Source: Podarcis liolepis (taxonomy: Eukaryota). Taken from it: a stretch of DNA of 64,000 nucleotides. Below, piece by piece: positions 40,637 through 54,095 of this stretch. Numbering within the stretch: the first letter of the stretch is position 1; every line of letters begins with the position of its first letter. The stretch lies in the NCBI GenBank assembly GCA_965112155.1, contig OZ218103.1; one strand, given 5' to 3'. The translations under genes and the position numbers were made by a program. A model generated the notes under the pieces. It did no database searches and was not told the DNA's origin. It saw only the letters and a list, made by a program, of their open reading frames with translations.

Positions 40637-42057
40637 TGAGAAATGAGGTGTTACAAATGCTGCTGTCTGAGAGAACAAGCCTTTTCTTGTATTGCTTGCT
40701 GTTCTTTTTTGGGCTACTTCAAAAGGTTAAAATTAATTAGCCTACTAAAGAAGAGCCTCTCTCTACCCAAAACTTCACAATCTGAGGCTATACATGCAAG
40801 AAGACATAAAGCTTCAGGGAATCTTCCATTTCCTTCCATTTCATTTGAGGGTTCCACAATTGATTGTGACCTTGTACCTCCATATGTAAGAGTCCTTTCC
40901 GTCATAAGTTTGACACTGTTCTGTTAATAATGGCTAATGAATAGTTTGCCGAAATGCATTTGTCAATAAGAAGAATATTGGGGTGGGGGGAGGAGGAAAT
41001 AAACATGTGAATATCCTCTTAAAGAAGTAGTAGATGCTAAATACTAGGATAGCCATCGAGAGCTCCAGCAGCACTAATCTGATGTAAGATGGAATAATTG
41101 TCAAACTCCAGTATGATTAATAGAAGCAGTAAAAATTAACTGGATATGCCATTTGACTACTTTGCAGGGTTTTTCTAAAAAGTAGGATAGAATGTCTACT
41201 TTAAATTTTGAACTCATAAAGATTAATAGCATGCTGCTTTCAATAGATCTTGCAGAACTTTCATTTTTACCTCTGAACACTCTGATCTTTCTCCAGAAAG
41301 CCCATTTCTCTTCAGACTGCCCCACACAACTTGTCCTTTTTCAGAACTGCTACAGATATCAGGAAATGTCGAAGTTATTTCTCTAGTCCCTGCCTACTGA
41401 GCATAGGAAGAGCTTTGGTGTCCAATAAGTCAATCTTCTGTAACTTACCCTAAGATCAGCTGCTCTCGAACATATCCTGTTTCTCTTTATTTCTTCTGTT
41501 GCTACTGTTGTTTCAGGCAGTGTCGGTTATTTCAATAATACATGTGAAAAGGATTAATTTATTGGCAGTGGGTAAAAAGAAGGGTGAGGTATAAGTGAAA
41601 CATCTATATGAAATGTTTGAAAGTATGAACCTTAAATAAATCATGTGTTTCTCCCTCTGTTTCTTCCAAATATAGACAAGGAGATAATGATCTCCATTTT
41701 AACTGTGTCTTGCTTTTAAAGAAGCAGAGGTTCAATTATTGTAGAATGGGTATCTAGCAAGTTTTATTAACAATATAACTTGTAGTTCAATAAAATGAAA
41801 ATGCACATTAATGACCCCTTTCTTCAAAATCTTCACACCTAATAGCTGTTCAAAGCTTAGCTGAAAAAAACACTTCTGAAAAATGTATCGGTGAAAACTG
41901 CAATTATTGTTATTCATGAAAATAAACTATTGCAACAGTTTTAGTCAACAGTTATATAGGAATGCATGTACATAACTACAGAGCGACACTGTCAGTAGAT
42001 TCTCTAAGCATCAATTAAATGTTGGGGAACAGAGTTTGAGGTTTAAAACTTAAATAG

Positions 42058-42264
<207 letters not shown>

Positions 42265-42657
42265 TGAAATCCTTCCGATTTTGTCTTTTTGCTCAGTAAC
42301 AAGTAGTAGTATTTCCCACTCAAACTGGAAACCCGCAAAGGATATAAAGAGGACATAAGTTGTATTGCTTTCTATTGTAGGTTGTATCCAAATAAGTAAT
42401 TGTACAAGTAGAATGAGTTCCGCTCATGTAACCCCCTGCACCTTTACCATAGCTGCTCTGAGTTCCTCCCCATGAACCCTCTGGAACAGATTTGGAGGAA
42501 GGCAATATTTGCATGGGGGAGAAGAGGGAGGGAAAATTACACTGTGCAAGTAACTCATGCAATTACTTGGTGGGATTCAACTCACTGTGTTGGGATTAAA
42601 GTTGTAGCTATAGATAAGGGGAAATTTGATGGCTCACCTGTCTGAGGCTTGCTTTAA

Positions 42658-42783
<126 letters not shown>

Positions 42784-42852
42784 TAATCTTAATTATGCTT
42801 TCAGTCATCTTAATAAATCCTAGTAGTTGATCCCTGCCTCAATCTCTCCTAG

Positions 42853-42984
<132 letters not shown>

Positions 42985-43514
42985 TAGGGTTCATCATAAG
43001 GAATTGTGTCTCTTATTTTCAAGTTCCCAGGGTATTGGAAGGCTAATCAAATGGGCGGCTAGCTATGTATCAAGGAGAAGCTGTTCTTCTGAGAAGAGAA
43101 GAAGATGCAGGTGTCCTTTGGGTAGTTCAGAGTTGATGTCTGACTTGAGCTTTACAGCAGAGTTCCAAAGCTAGCCAGACCAGTGGGAATATGAAGATCT
43201 CAAAAGTTTTTGCAAAACAGATTTTATCCTCCTCACTGCTAAATCACGCCTGTCCTTTTCAGTTCATCATAGATCTTAACTTTTCACCAGGAAAGGAACC
43301 ATTAACTATCTAAAAACATCAGTGGTTATTAGTCCTGGTCTGGCCACATTGCTCCTGGTTCAAACTATGCAGTTATATCCCAAGTTTGCTGGGCCTGAAG
43401 AGTTTAGCATTGCACTTGAATCTGAAATATTGCATTTCTGTTTGATGGTGCTCTCTGTGCACAAGAGGTGATTTCTCAAAAAGGTTTTTTGTTGCTGTTT
43501 CCCTGTCATTCTAG

Positions 43515-43619
<105 letters not shown>

Positions 43620-44764
43620 TGATGCTGTATTTATAATGTGTTTGTGGGGATGGAAAAATATAAGATACCATATTTATATTAGTTTTCCAACTCAAGTCTG
43701 AGTAAAAGCCTAGTTAGAGGATTTATTTGAACTGCATTTTGCCTGTTAGTTCTGATCTTTAAATAGAAGCATTGAAAAATATTGTCCGCTAGAGTTCTAG
43801 AGAATATTATGTGCTCAAGACAGGTAATGCAGAGCATATGAACTTGCATATTTATTTGAAGTATTCATCACAGATGAAATTAAATAAAATGTGGATTTTG
43901 AAGCAAAGGCTCAACTAGAAGGGAATGACATGGAGAACTGAGCCAAATGATCAATTGAGCAAACGGTTCACCGTGGGAGGAAGTTGTGTCGATTGCTGAA
44001 GCCCCACCCCTTTACAACTTGAAGCCCTGCCTAGATCTCCCATTCGTTTCTGCACTTTTCCTGTCTTATTGCCTACATGTGTTTCAGGTTTCCCCCCCAC
44101 AATGAAAGATCAAGGTTCTCAAGATCACCAAATCCAGTGTCCTTTCATAGTGAACCTATAAATGAATGAAATACTTACAATTGCTGCTTCTCACTTATTA
44201 TTATTCCTTCTTCAGTTTTTAAAAAGCAGCATAACTGTCCACTGTTTTGGTATCTGTTTATGCCTTTGAAAACAGAGTTTGCAGTCTGGAGAGGTTAAAA
44301 ACTAAGGAAACAGAGTAGATGAATTGTTTGTTCAGCTGAACAGTGTTACACACATACAGGGGAGATTGGCCTTTCCCCTCAGTAAAATGCCTATATGTAC
44401 CTTAGTTTGTTTAGGCACTAGGGTGAGTCTTAATAACATTTTAGCATGTTTACATTCCCTATTTTTTTTCCTACTGGCTCAGCAAAGATGCAACACATAG
44501 ATTTCCTTTTCACTAACTCGGTGTATTCTGTACCAACAAACTCCTCGCTGCAGTTTCAAAAAAGAAGCTAGATCCACAGAACTGTTGTGTCATTTATCCC
44601 AAAAGCTTGGACAACCACCTCTAAGCTCAATGTCTAAAGTATCGGTGCTGAACATAGACTACTAGGTTAGCCACCAGGCATGTCAAAACTACAATAATAA
44701 CTTTTCAGAGTGTGCTGGAAAGAATTGATAAAGCCTGCAGTTGTTACTTCCAGCATCTCTCTGA

Positions 44765-44890
<126 letters not shown>

Positions 44891-45788
44891 TGATCAGTGA
44901 GCGGTAGCCTCCTCTCTTGGAACTCCAGGCTAGCACAGCATGTACAACTGTAATAAACATAGTTTCTTCACCACATGTTTGTGCTGGGCCCAGCCATGCT
45001 TTGAGAATAGGAAGGAATTTTTAAGAACTTTAGTATATCGAGAATTTTAGTATATACAGGCCTTATGGGCAATGCCCATCCATTTCATGTCAGGCTTCAC
45101 AGTTGAAATTTAAATGTTTTTAGATAACTTCCCTCTTTGTCTGAAATAGCTATATTTTTATTAGTCTGTTTGCTGTGATTGTAATCCTGGGTATATAAGC
45201 TAGGGATGTCCCATTTTGGTGATAATACTATCAAAAGAAGGGGAAATAAACCTTTGAAATAAAATTAAAAATGCCTGGGGTCTGCCAGTACCAAAATACA
45301 AAATCTACTAAAAGGACTACATTGAATTTTAACATTCTTCTACATCGTTTGGTATATACTTTTCAGGGAACATATATTTGTTATTTCTTTCTACATGTAC
45401 ATTGATTGAATGTCTTGAATATGAAAAATACAAGGCAGAAGCATCTACTGTACCCTCTGGCAAGAATTGTTAAATGAAAAACACCTGTTAAAGATTGAGT
45501 TTAGAATGAGAGATTCCAAGGTCATTTCACCTCTTAGGTTATAACTTGTCTCATGATTGAATTCAGGGTAAAAATGTTAAAAGCCAAAGTTCCAGACTGA
45601 ATGCTGTGGGGCAACACACAGCCAAAAATATACCCTGCCTATTGACTGTCTCTGCCTCAGTATTCATGTAATTGCTGATATTTGTCCATAGTGTGAAATA
45701 ATTATAGATGAGCTTTGCTAGACCTGCAAGTGACCTTCCTTATTGAGCCTAGCATTGGTGGGGAAAGCTTTCAGGAGTAACTGGTTAA

Positions 45789-45974
<186 letters not shown>

Positions 45975-46361
45975 TAACCTTCTCCATTGGGGGAAACTAG
46001 AAAACATATAGGGACTTGCCTATAATTCAGATACGACAACATGAATTGTAATTTTTTGAATAGTTTTGTTAGTGTGATGAGCAGGGTAGTTGTGAGGCTT
46101 CTCTGAACATCCTGGAAGGAAGATTGGGGTTCAGATAATAGTAATAAATACAGGCAAAATAGAAAACCCTACTAGCTTAATTGTCTTGAATGGAAATACA
46201 AACATCTAGTGCCAGCTAATGATGGATTTATACACCAGGCAAGGGAAGACTAGAATTGGACTGGCAGTTCTGATAACCTAAGGCAGGAGTGCCTCCACTT
46301 GATCCTGTGTCTTGGTGGACACCCAGTGCTTGACTCTGGCTTTCTTTCTCCTTTACTGCAG

Positions 46362-46368
46362 GTACTGA
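46362..46368 (+). CDS. AHCYL1: AHCYL1 exon 17 coding part (R/Y/stop)
   Basis: strong pyrimidine tract then tgcag|G TAC TGA, completing the family C-terminus YYRY*. Confidence 0.9.
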
Positions 46369-47363
46369 TGGACCATAACGCTGAAGGACCAGACTACATA
46401 ATCTACACAAGAGCTTTAGCAAGAATATTTTTAAAGAACATATTTTTTGTGTTACTTCTAAAAACTTTTTTATTTTTATTTTATTCATGTGATTTTACTG
46501 CCCTCTCTTATTCTCTTTAATATTCCTCTGTCTTTGTGTCTGACTTTACAGACAACCTGGGATTTCCCTGCTGCATCACCACTAAAATAGTACAGTTTCA
46601 GCTCCTCAGCTCTATTACTAAGGAAAGGATTTCCCTGGGTAATGAAGGGCAATCCTGTCCTCTGCTCATTTTATTTTTTAATTTAAAACTTTCTGGAGCA
46701 CCTTAGTTGTAGTTGGTAGAACTGCAAAATATTAAGAGTACTATTTTTTCTGTGTGGAATTATCTACAAATTCTAAATTGCCTTAACGAGCCCCAATTTA
46801 TTAGCTGCTAGATCAGTGCTCCTTTTCCTGTACTGGAACAGAGTTATATCTTGTGGCCAGTTAGGTGTATATTCAACAAATGCCTAATATTGTGTTGTGA
46901 AGAAAACAGTGGGACAATTTCAAATACTATTTATTTTTAGTTAGGCTATTTTTCCTACATGAAATATGTAGCTGCATGCCTGGTTACACCAATCCAACAT
47001 TCTTTTTAAGTTGCTAGGGTGCTAATCTGAATTGAAATGGCTATTGACTATCCACTGTCTTCACTTTTCCATAGCTTTTATATGTTATGTTTTTTCTTTC
47101 TTTAAGTGAAGATGTACCAGAACCATATTTTAAAAGGCAATGGGTGAGAATTCCTTTTCCTTCGAGTTTGGACATTTTTAAGGTAGAATCATAGAATTCT
47201 ATGAAGATATCAGTAATACATTGCAGAATTGGTAGGGGCCACTAAGAACCAAATCAGTCCTTCTGAGCTGAGATGGGTATCTCCTGTGCTCCATCCTTTC
47301 ATTTGTCCAGCACCGGGGATATTTGGATGATGTAGTAGCTTAGCTTTTCATATCTTACAAAGC

Positions 47364-47500
47364 CAGTGTGGGGGACCTTTGGCCCTCCAGATGTTGCTGT
47401 ACTACAACTCCTATTCAGCCCCAGCAAGGGATGATGTGAGTTGTAGTTCAGCAAACAATTGGAGGGCCAAATGTCATCCCCCCACTGCCGCCCACACCTG
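47364..47500. mobile_element. Palindromic hAT-type MITE within the AHCYL1 3' UTR
   Basis: tttggccctcca / tggagggccaaa and actacaactc / gagttgtagt arms; same family as 1867 and 13348. Confidence 0.75.
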
Positions 47501-48735
47501 CTATAAAGAATTATTCATTGTGTAAAGCACCTTCCCTCCATCTTCAGGCTCCATTTGTAGCAAATGAATATTGAAGGTGGAATCCCTTCCCATTGGCACT
47601 GCTGTTTTAAGTGCTCTGCTGCTTTAATTACCTTGGCTTAGGCTAGCCTATTCTGTCTGGTTACCTTGATGCACTGGTACCTCTCCTGCGAAACTACGGT
47701 GCAGCCAGATTTCACATTTTAGTGCCATGAAAGAGGAGGGAGCTCATCTTTAGAGAGGCAAATATCAGGCTAAGGAAGGTGGTTCAGGCAAATACTGCCT
47801 GCATCTGATCACTTCAGACTTGTGCTGAAGCCTCAAGGGGCAGTGATGAAAAGCTAGAAACTACTGTGAATCATAGTGAATATATGATCAACCTTGAATT
47901 TCTGTGGCTTTTTATGTAACCTTTGCAGAAAACTTGATGTAAATACAGATTACATTCCTAGTTCCATCTTCTTGAAATCTATTCCACTATTGTATGGCAT
48001 TGGCTGTGGTCTTTCCTGATATCCTTCACTGAGGAGAATAATTTAACTGTGATTTGATGAGGAGTCTGAGCCACCAAACCTTTGCACGTTCATGCTTGCT
48101 CTCTCTTTCCCAGAGCCCTAGGTGACCTTTCTCTTGTACCTTTGGCCCCAGATAGCTGTCTGGTTCATTTCTGGCAGCTACAGGGTGGCCACTTGGCCTT
48201 GCAGAATGGCTGCAGGCCATTGACTGACTTGAATGTGGGAGATCCCTTTGCCTCCAGCTCCTCCTGCCCACCCCCTTTTCCAGAATCTGACTTACATTTG
48301 GCCAGGCCAAATGAACTCTGTTCTTCCTTTTTGTTGAAGTGATCTCAGACCTGAGCATATGTGCTTCCTCTCAGTTCCTTCATCAGGATGGCGTCTTAGT
48401 ATTTTGTTTCTCAATTTCACAGCTCTAATACTACAAGTTCTGATCCCGGAATTGGCTTGGATCCTTCTAAGCCAAACAGAGTGCGCTCCCAAATGTCCTC
48501 CATGAAGCTCAGGGAGGGCCTCTTCATTCCATTTGTCTGCCTCTGTGTTGCAGTGTCAATAGATAACTTAGCTAAGGGCTTCATCTCTGTATAAGCCATG
48601 GAATAAATTCTCATGCCTGGCAACACCTCAGTTCAGTCAGAGGGAGCATGTTATAGCATCAACCCAGGTGGGGATAGGTTTATTTTGTATATGAATGATT
48701 TTTAATGAATGCAATATTATTCCTTGCAGATGAGC

Positions 48736-48764
48736 AATAAATCGTTACGCAAAATCTAAATAAA
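48736..48764 (+). terminator. Candidate AHCYL1 polyadenylation signals (two AATAAA)
   Basis: AATAAA at 48736-48741 and 48759-48764, followed by a U/GU-rich stretch (ggcttgagtttttt). Confidence 0.55.
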
Positions 48765-49963
48765 ATGATTAGAAAAATACCTCTGGCTTGAGTTTTTAAA
48801 AATCACTGCCACAGTTTGCGCTGTCCAAGGAAACAAGTTGCCAGCACACTTTCAACTGCAAGTTTTATTCCATCCACAAAGCAAATCATTTATCTCATAG
48901 GATGTCTGTGGGTTGAGAAGATATACAAATCCCTGATGTCAGAGCACAAGGAAGAGCTTGGTCTCCCTGCTTCTCTTCCTCCCCGAAGTAGATTTTACAG
49001 CAGGAATGGAGAAACCCTACTCTGTGAGTCAGATGTGGCCTGTAGTTGGCCCTTCAGGGGTGCTCAGTGGGAAGCAGCTGAGGGGGGAAATGCCATGGTT
49101 TTTTTAAAACATAACAAAACATACCAAAAATATACACTATGCAAATATGGGTGAGTCCTAATAAAATGTTATCAATCTTTATGAGAAAACAAAATTCTGT
49201 ATAAATTAACTAGGGCAAATGCTTTTGTTGGGTGAAATGCACACTTTCAAAATGTTCCTCTGAAGTAAGATCTGTTGGAAGAAGATCAAAGTAAATTTTT
49301 AAAATGTTTCAGCAGAAAGGTAGATTACTGTTCCTTGCAAAGATGCAAAAAAATGTCCAGGCAAACTGCAGTTGCACGCATGCAATTTTCAGGATGCAGA
49401 TGCATTTTGAAATTTTAGGTTTCAAATAGCTGTAAGACACAGCTTTGCAGTTCCTCTGTACTTTAACATTGCTTGCATTTCTCTGATGGAGTTACTGATT
49501 ACTCTTTGCCTTTTGCACAATTAGCATAGAGACAACAGTGATTAGGAGCTTTACTCTTTTAAAACTTTTTTTTTAAAGCTTATGAAGAAAATGGAAAGAA
49601 AATGGATATTTGAGTGGAGTTGCTAAGAAAAAAGCCCCTTCTTTTCATAGGAAATACCATTTTGTATGTCTCTGTATATGTTAAGAATGTGTGATTGGTC
49701 TGTTGATACGGCCCCAGCCCTACTTTTCAGGAAGGGAATAACTGCCATTAAGTTAGCATTAGGAACTCTGTTGAAATAGAATCCTATATCCAAGCTTCCA
49801 GAAGCAAACACACTTCTATGGCTGTCTAGCCACACTGGATGCAAAACAAACCTAAGCTTGTTCTCATTGCTAATAAAATAGAGATGGTGTTGGGCTTTCC
49901 ATGCAAGCTTTAGTTGTTGAGTTCACATTAACATAACCTACACTGAACTATTTGGTTTTTTAA

Positions 49964-49991
49964 AATAAATAAATAAAATAAATAAATAAAT
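49964..49991. repeat. (AAAT)n microsatellite
   Basis: read directly from the sequence. Confidence 0.8.
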
Positions 49992-51083
49992 GGTCCGTAA
50001 CATTTCTATTCCTGTAAGTCCACAGTCCGTAAGAGTGTATGGATATACCAGACATCTTGATCTTGCTTGCTGTAGTCCAAGAAACTCTTCTCGTGGTGGA
50101 CAGAGGCAGTTCATATTGTTCCCTCATTTACTTCTTTCTTGTGAACACATTTCACATATTTAATGTTTTCTATTGTTAAATTGGTGTAACTGAATATGGC
50201 CTAAAGCATTCTGCAATTATCTACAATCCTTTTCCTCAGTGGAATACCCCTGATTCCATTGGACCCCCTCAATCTCAGATGTTCCTATTGCTATCACACC
50301 TTTCTGTTCTGCTTCTATATGGCTACTAATACTTTATCATGTGCATACTCGTTGGTGGTCCCCAATATTCTCAAGTAGCAGGCAAGTGAAAGGCTATCCC
50401 ACCAGTGCTACATCACAGATATGCCAGTGATGCTATCACAAGTGTATATTTCAAGCATTTGTGGCTTTTGCCAATGTTTTTGATAAGGTAAGATTGTACA
50501 GTGCTTTTATTAACGTCCTTACAACTACCCTACTGCAGGTTTTTTGTTGTTGTTGTTAAAAATCAGCTCATTAAAAGATTAAACAAGCTGAAGGTAAAAG
50601 TGATAGGATCCACATAGTGTTCAAGAAAGTTTTCTTCTGCACATGAATAAATACTAGCATGAGCTGGTAACGTAGGGCTCAGCTTGCAGAGTGTTAATAA
50701 TGAATGTCCACTGTGTCTCCCTCTTTCCAAGTTCGAGATGCTGTTAAAGATACATAGTAAGCAGGCAGATGTTAAAAACATGCAGCAAACTGTTAACACT
50801 GAATAGTGGCTTGCTATGGAAACTATTTAAATACAGTGCTGCATTGCAGTGTTAAAGGTACTGATGATCTATGTGTTTAGATTCATAGAATGTTTGTAAG
50901 GCACTGTAAGGCTATGCTAAGAAACATTAGGCCTTTTAAGCCCTATCTCAAAGGCACACTGTTCTATTTAAATAGAATGCATGGATAATCGTAAAATCCT
51001 TATTGAGCTGCTTCACAAGTGCAACCCTAGTTGCTGTAATAGATTTTCCCAACATGTGCATGTAGGAGTGAGCGATCCAGAAA

Positions 51084-51145
51084 GTGTCTCAGATGTGCGT
51101 CTGGGGCCGTTTTTGAAAGTGTGTCTCAGATGTGCGTCTGGGGCC
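51084..51145. repeat. 25-bp perfect direct repeat, two copies
   Basis: GTGTCTCAGATGTGCGTCTGGGGCC at 51084-51108 and 51121-51145. Confidence 0.9.
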
Positions 51146-51399
51146 CTTCCTTTATTTAGATGCGTAATTTTCAGAGCGCTAGCCAAGTTGCAACGAGAGT
51201 CTTGTGGAATATAACGAATTTATTGTGCCTTAAGCATTTCTATTTGAGTCTCCTCTGTCAGATGCACGAAGTGTCCTCAGTTGGCCGGAATATATGCGTA
51301 AGTGGGGGAAATGTGAACAGTGGAATCGAATGACAGTGAAATGCAGGAAGTGCTTTCTGTAATTCACTGCCGTTTGATTCCAGCGTTCACAATTTTTTC

Positions 51400-52250
51400 T
51401 TTCCGCCCCTGCGTACAGCCTGTGTCTCTCGCACCCTTGTGCACTTGTCCATCATGAAGCTGCTGCTTTTGAGATGACGTTTTGAGAGCTAAACCCTTCT
51501 GCATAAGCGCGCTTCACTTGCACTATCTGCGGGACTTTACGTGACAGCTCCCGGCTATGGCCAAACGAGCCTCCGTTGCCTTGGGAACCATTTCACAGGC
51601 TTTACAAAAACCGGAGAAATGCCAGCTTTCAGGCAGCGCCGCCTTTAGGAGGATAACGCGACGCAACCAAGATGGCTGCCGCGCCAGGTCACAAGAGTCC
51701 TTTGATCCGCTCGCCATCCTCAATCTGTTCCTGTCCTTTCCATGAAACAAGAGCTTCTCATCTTAGCCGCACCCATCCGCCACGCTCAAGATGGCGTCGC
51801 TTCCTGCGAGAACCTAGCGCTGCCTCGGCCCAGTTCGCGCGAGAACTGCCGGCGCGTCGAGATGGAGCCAGGCGGCGGCGGCGGAGGTCCGGGCTTGCTG
51901 ATTGTCAACAACAAGCAACGGGGCGCGGGGCTCGGGCTGGCGGCGCCGGCGACGCCGGGGGTGAAGGGCCGAGAGCCCAACCGCAACCAGCGCAAGGACT
52001 CGGAGGTCAGGCGGGGCGGCGAGGGGCTCCGGGTGGGGGGAAGGACGGGTCCTCGCCCACTCGCCGCTTCCTACCGAAGTCTCAAGGAGCCGGGAGGGAG
52101 GGAGCGGCTCCCTCTGGGTGACTCGGGCTTCCCTCACCTGTCGGGCCTTGCATGTCACCAGCGGTTTAAAAATAGAGATGAAATAGGCGGGGGGGGGGGG
52201 GTCGGGATGTCCCTGCGCTGACGTGCAATGTTTAGTCTCCACCCGAGCCT
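51400..52250 (+). promoter_or_regulatory. STRIP1: STRIP1 CpG-island promoter / first exon region
   Basis: CpG-dense and GC-rich; YY1-like CAAGATGGC at 51668 and 51787; ETS-like CTTCCT; near-palindrome CAGTTCGCGCGAGAACTG at 51831-51848 resembling the TCTCGCGAGA motif. Confidence 0.85.
51862..52005 (+). CDS. STRIP1: STRIP1 exon 1 (MEPGGGGGGPGLLIVNNKQ...NRNQRKDSE)
   Basis: gagATGG Kozak context; LIVNNKQ and NRNQRKDSE motifs; donor GAG|gtcagg; 144 nt. Confidence 0.92.
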
Positions 52251-52835
52251 TGGCTTCCCTCCCCTCCCTTACTCACGCGAAGCCATTTCCCAAATAAAGG
52301 CTCTTTCCCATCCCCATCCCGAAGAGGAGCCTGCCAAGGTCACAAGGCAGCTGCTTCCTCCTCGTGCAAAAAGTGCAACTTTTTGGGGGGGAAACCCTCC
52401 CCATCCTTTTGCCTTTCTAAAAGGTTTTTGCAGCACAGACGCTTGCTCACAAGTAAGCTGCCCTGTGCCCAAGGGCTCTTACGCTCGGGTAAGGGTTGCC
52501 TGTAGGGTGGCAACCCGGAAGATTATAAATCGGCAGTCCTATCTGTACACATTTACTTGGGAGTGGGTTTTATAACTCCGAACAGATCTTGTCCAGGTTG
52601 CACGGCAGTCCGCGAAACTTGAGTTCCAGGCAAGCCTTAAAAGTTCGAAGTTGCCGAGCAATGTGGCAAAGCAGGTTTCAGGGAGAGGAGCATTGCCGTA
52701 GTCATCTGCAAGTTACCATAGTAACAGTGAAGCTGCGTGGGGAAAGTCGAGAGCCCTTTCATGCTGAGCCTAACACCCTTAGGGGATTCTGCCTGGGGAA
52801 AAAAAGTTTTATTCTAAACTGTCCTCTTCACCCAG

Positions 52836-52905
52836 GGCTATTCGGAATCTCCAGATTTTGAGTTTGAATATGCAGACACAGACAAGTGGGCTGCTGAGCT
52901 GTCAG
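52836..52905 (+). CDS. STRIP1: STRIP1 exon 2 (GYSESPDFEFEYADTDKWAAELS)
   Basis: cccag|GGCTAT ... TCAG|gtaaac; 70 nt. Confidence 0.96.
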
Positions 52906-54020
52906 GTAAACTATGACCTTCTTTACTCTAATATCGTGCTTTGTTTCGTAACAGTTTCATTTTATTATAATGGATGTTGCTACAAAGTAAAAATCAAGCC
53001 TATTTGAAAACTCAACGGATTTGTTTGAGTTGCTCCTTCCTATATTCATTGTTAGTTGCTTTCAGGTTTTATCTTGTGATTACTGCTGTGTGAGGAAAGT
53101 TGTTTTGAGTGGAAGTGATATCTGTTTATTATTTTCTGACCCACCCTGGATAATTTTTTAATGAAGAGCAAGTTAGAAATGTTCTAAATAAAAAAATAAT
53201 TCCGCTATAAATAAATAGTGTGTCTTAGTTTTTGCTTTAAATATACATATGTACTTTTGAACATTCAGTCAGTAGTATATGTTCCTATTTTACTTCAATA
53301 GGAGAGATGTGCGGACATTGCCCAGATTCAGCTATCATGTTCCGCTTGTAAAACCCAGTGCAAGGACATCTGCTAGAGCAGTGGGGCTTTCCCACCTCCC
53401 CTGTGAGCCCCCTGCACCTTCTCAAATTCACTCAGAAAGGTATCCAGTACTAGGAGATATCCAGTAATATTGCAGGGAGGGAGGAGAGGAAAGATGGTTC
53501 CATCAGGCAAGCAGAAATCCTTGCACTGATGGAACTATTTCCTTAGCGCTATGCAGAATCCTACCCATTATGCTTAACCATTGCTTGTTTCTGTAACTAC
53601 AGTTAAGTGTTGCTTGCACCTGAATACCTACGTCATGATTAAGGGTTGTCTGCAAACTACTTATGTTAAGTCATGAGTCTGAAGTAGGTTTGTTAACCAT
53701 GTTTTGTATTAACCATGGTACATCTACATCAAGCAGTTTAGTTCTCCCTGCATCTCAAGGATCTTCCCTTGCAAAGTTATGAGCAGGCCTCACTGGTGTG
53801 GTTCCCACCCTACAGGGGCAGGGCTTAGCTTGAGAAAGCTCACCCATGGCAGCAATTTTCAAATAATGCCATCTTCTATAACACTCTGTGTTATGAACAT
53901 TCTTCCACTTGTTATGACAAGTAGCTGTCTCTAGTCATGTTGCTTTAAACCATGCTCAGGTATTATATAACATATAACTTGGTAATTGTAAGATTTTGTG
54001 TATTTATTATTTCATGGCAG

Positions 54021-54095
54021 AACTGTACAGTTACACTGAAGGTCCGGAATTCCAGCTCAACAGAAAATGCTTTGAGGAAGATTTTAGACTGCATG
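54021..54095 (+). CDS. STRIP1: STRIP1 exon 3 (ELYSYTEGPEFQLNRKCFEEDFRLH)
   Basis: ggcag|AACTG ... CATG|gtaaga; 75 nt. Confidence 0.96.

Larger units (their letters stand above)
46369..48785 (+). other. AHCYL1: AHCYL1 3' UTR (end approximate)
   Basis: U-rich sequence after the stop, running to the AATAAA cluster at 48602, 48736 and 48759. Confidence 0.6.

Noticed and set aside
46366-46372. Programmed stop-codon readthrough at the AHCYL1 TGA
   Set aside because: Context is TGA-TGG, not the TGA-CTAG readthrough motif; the extension would be only about 10 codons.
52493-52516. RFX X-box-like GTTGCC...GGCAAC
   Set aside because: The spacer is far longer than in an X-box; just a short inverted repeat.
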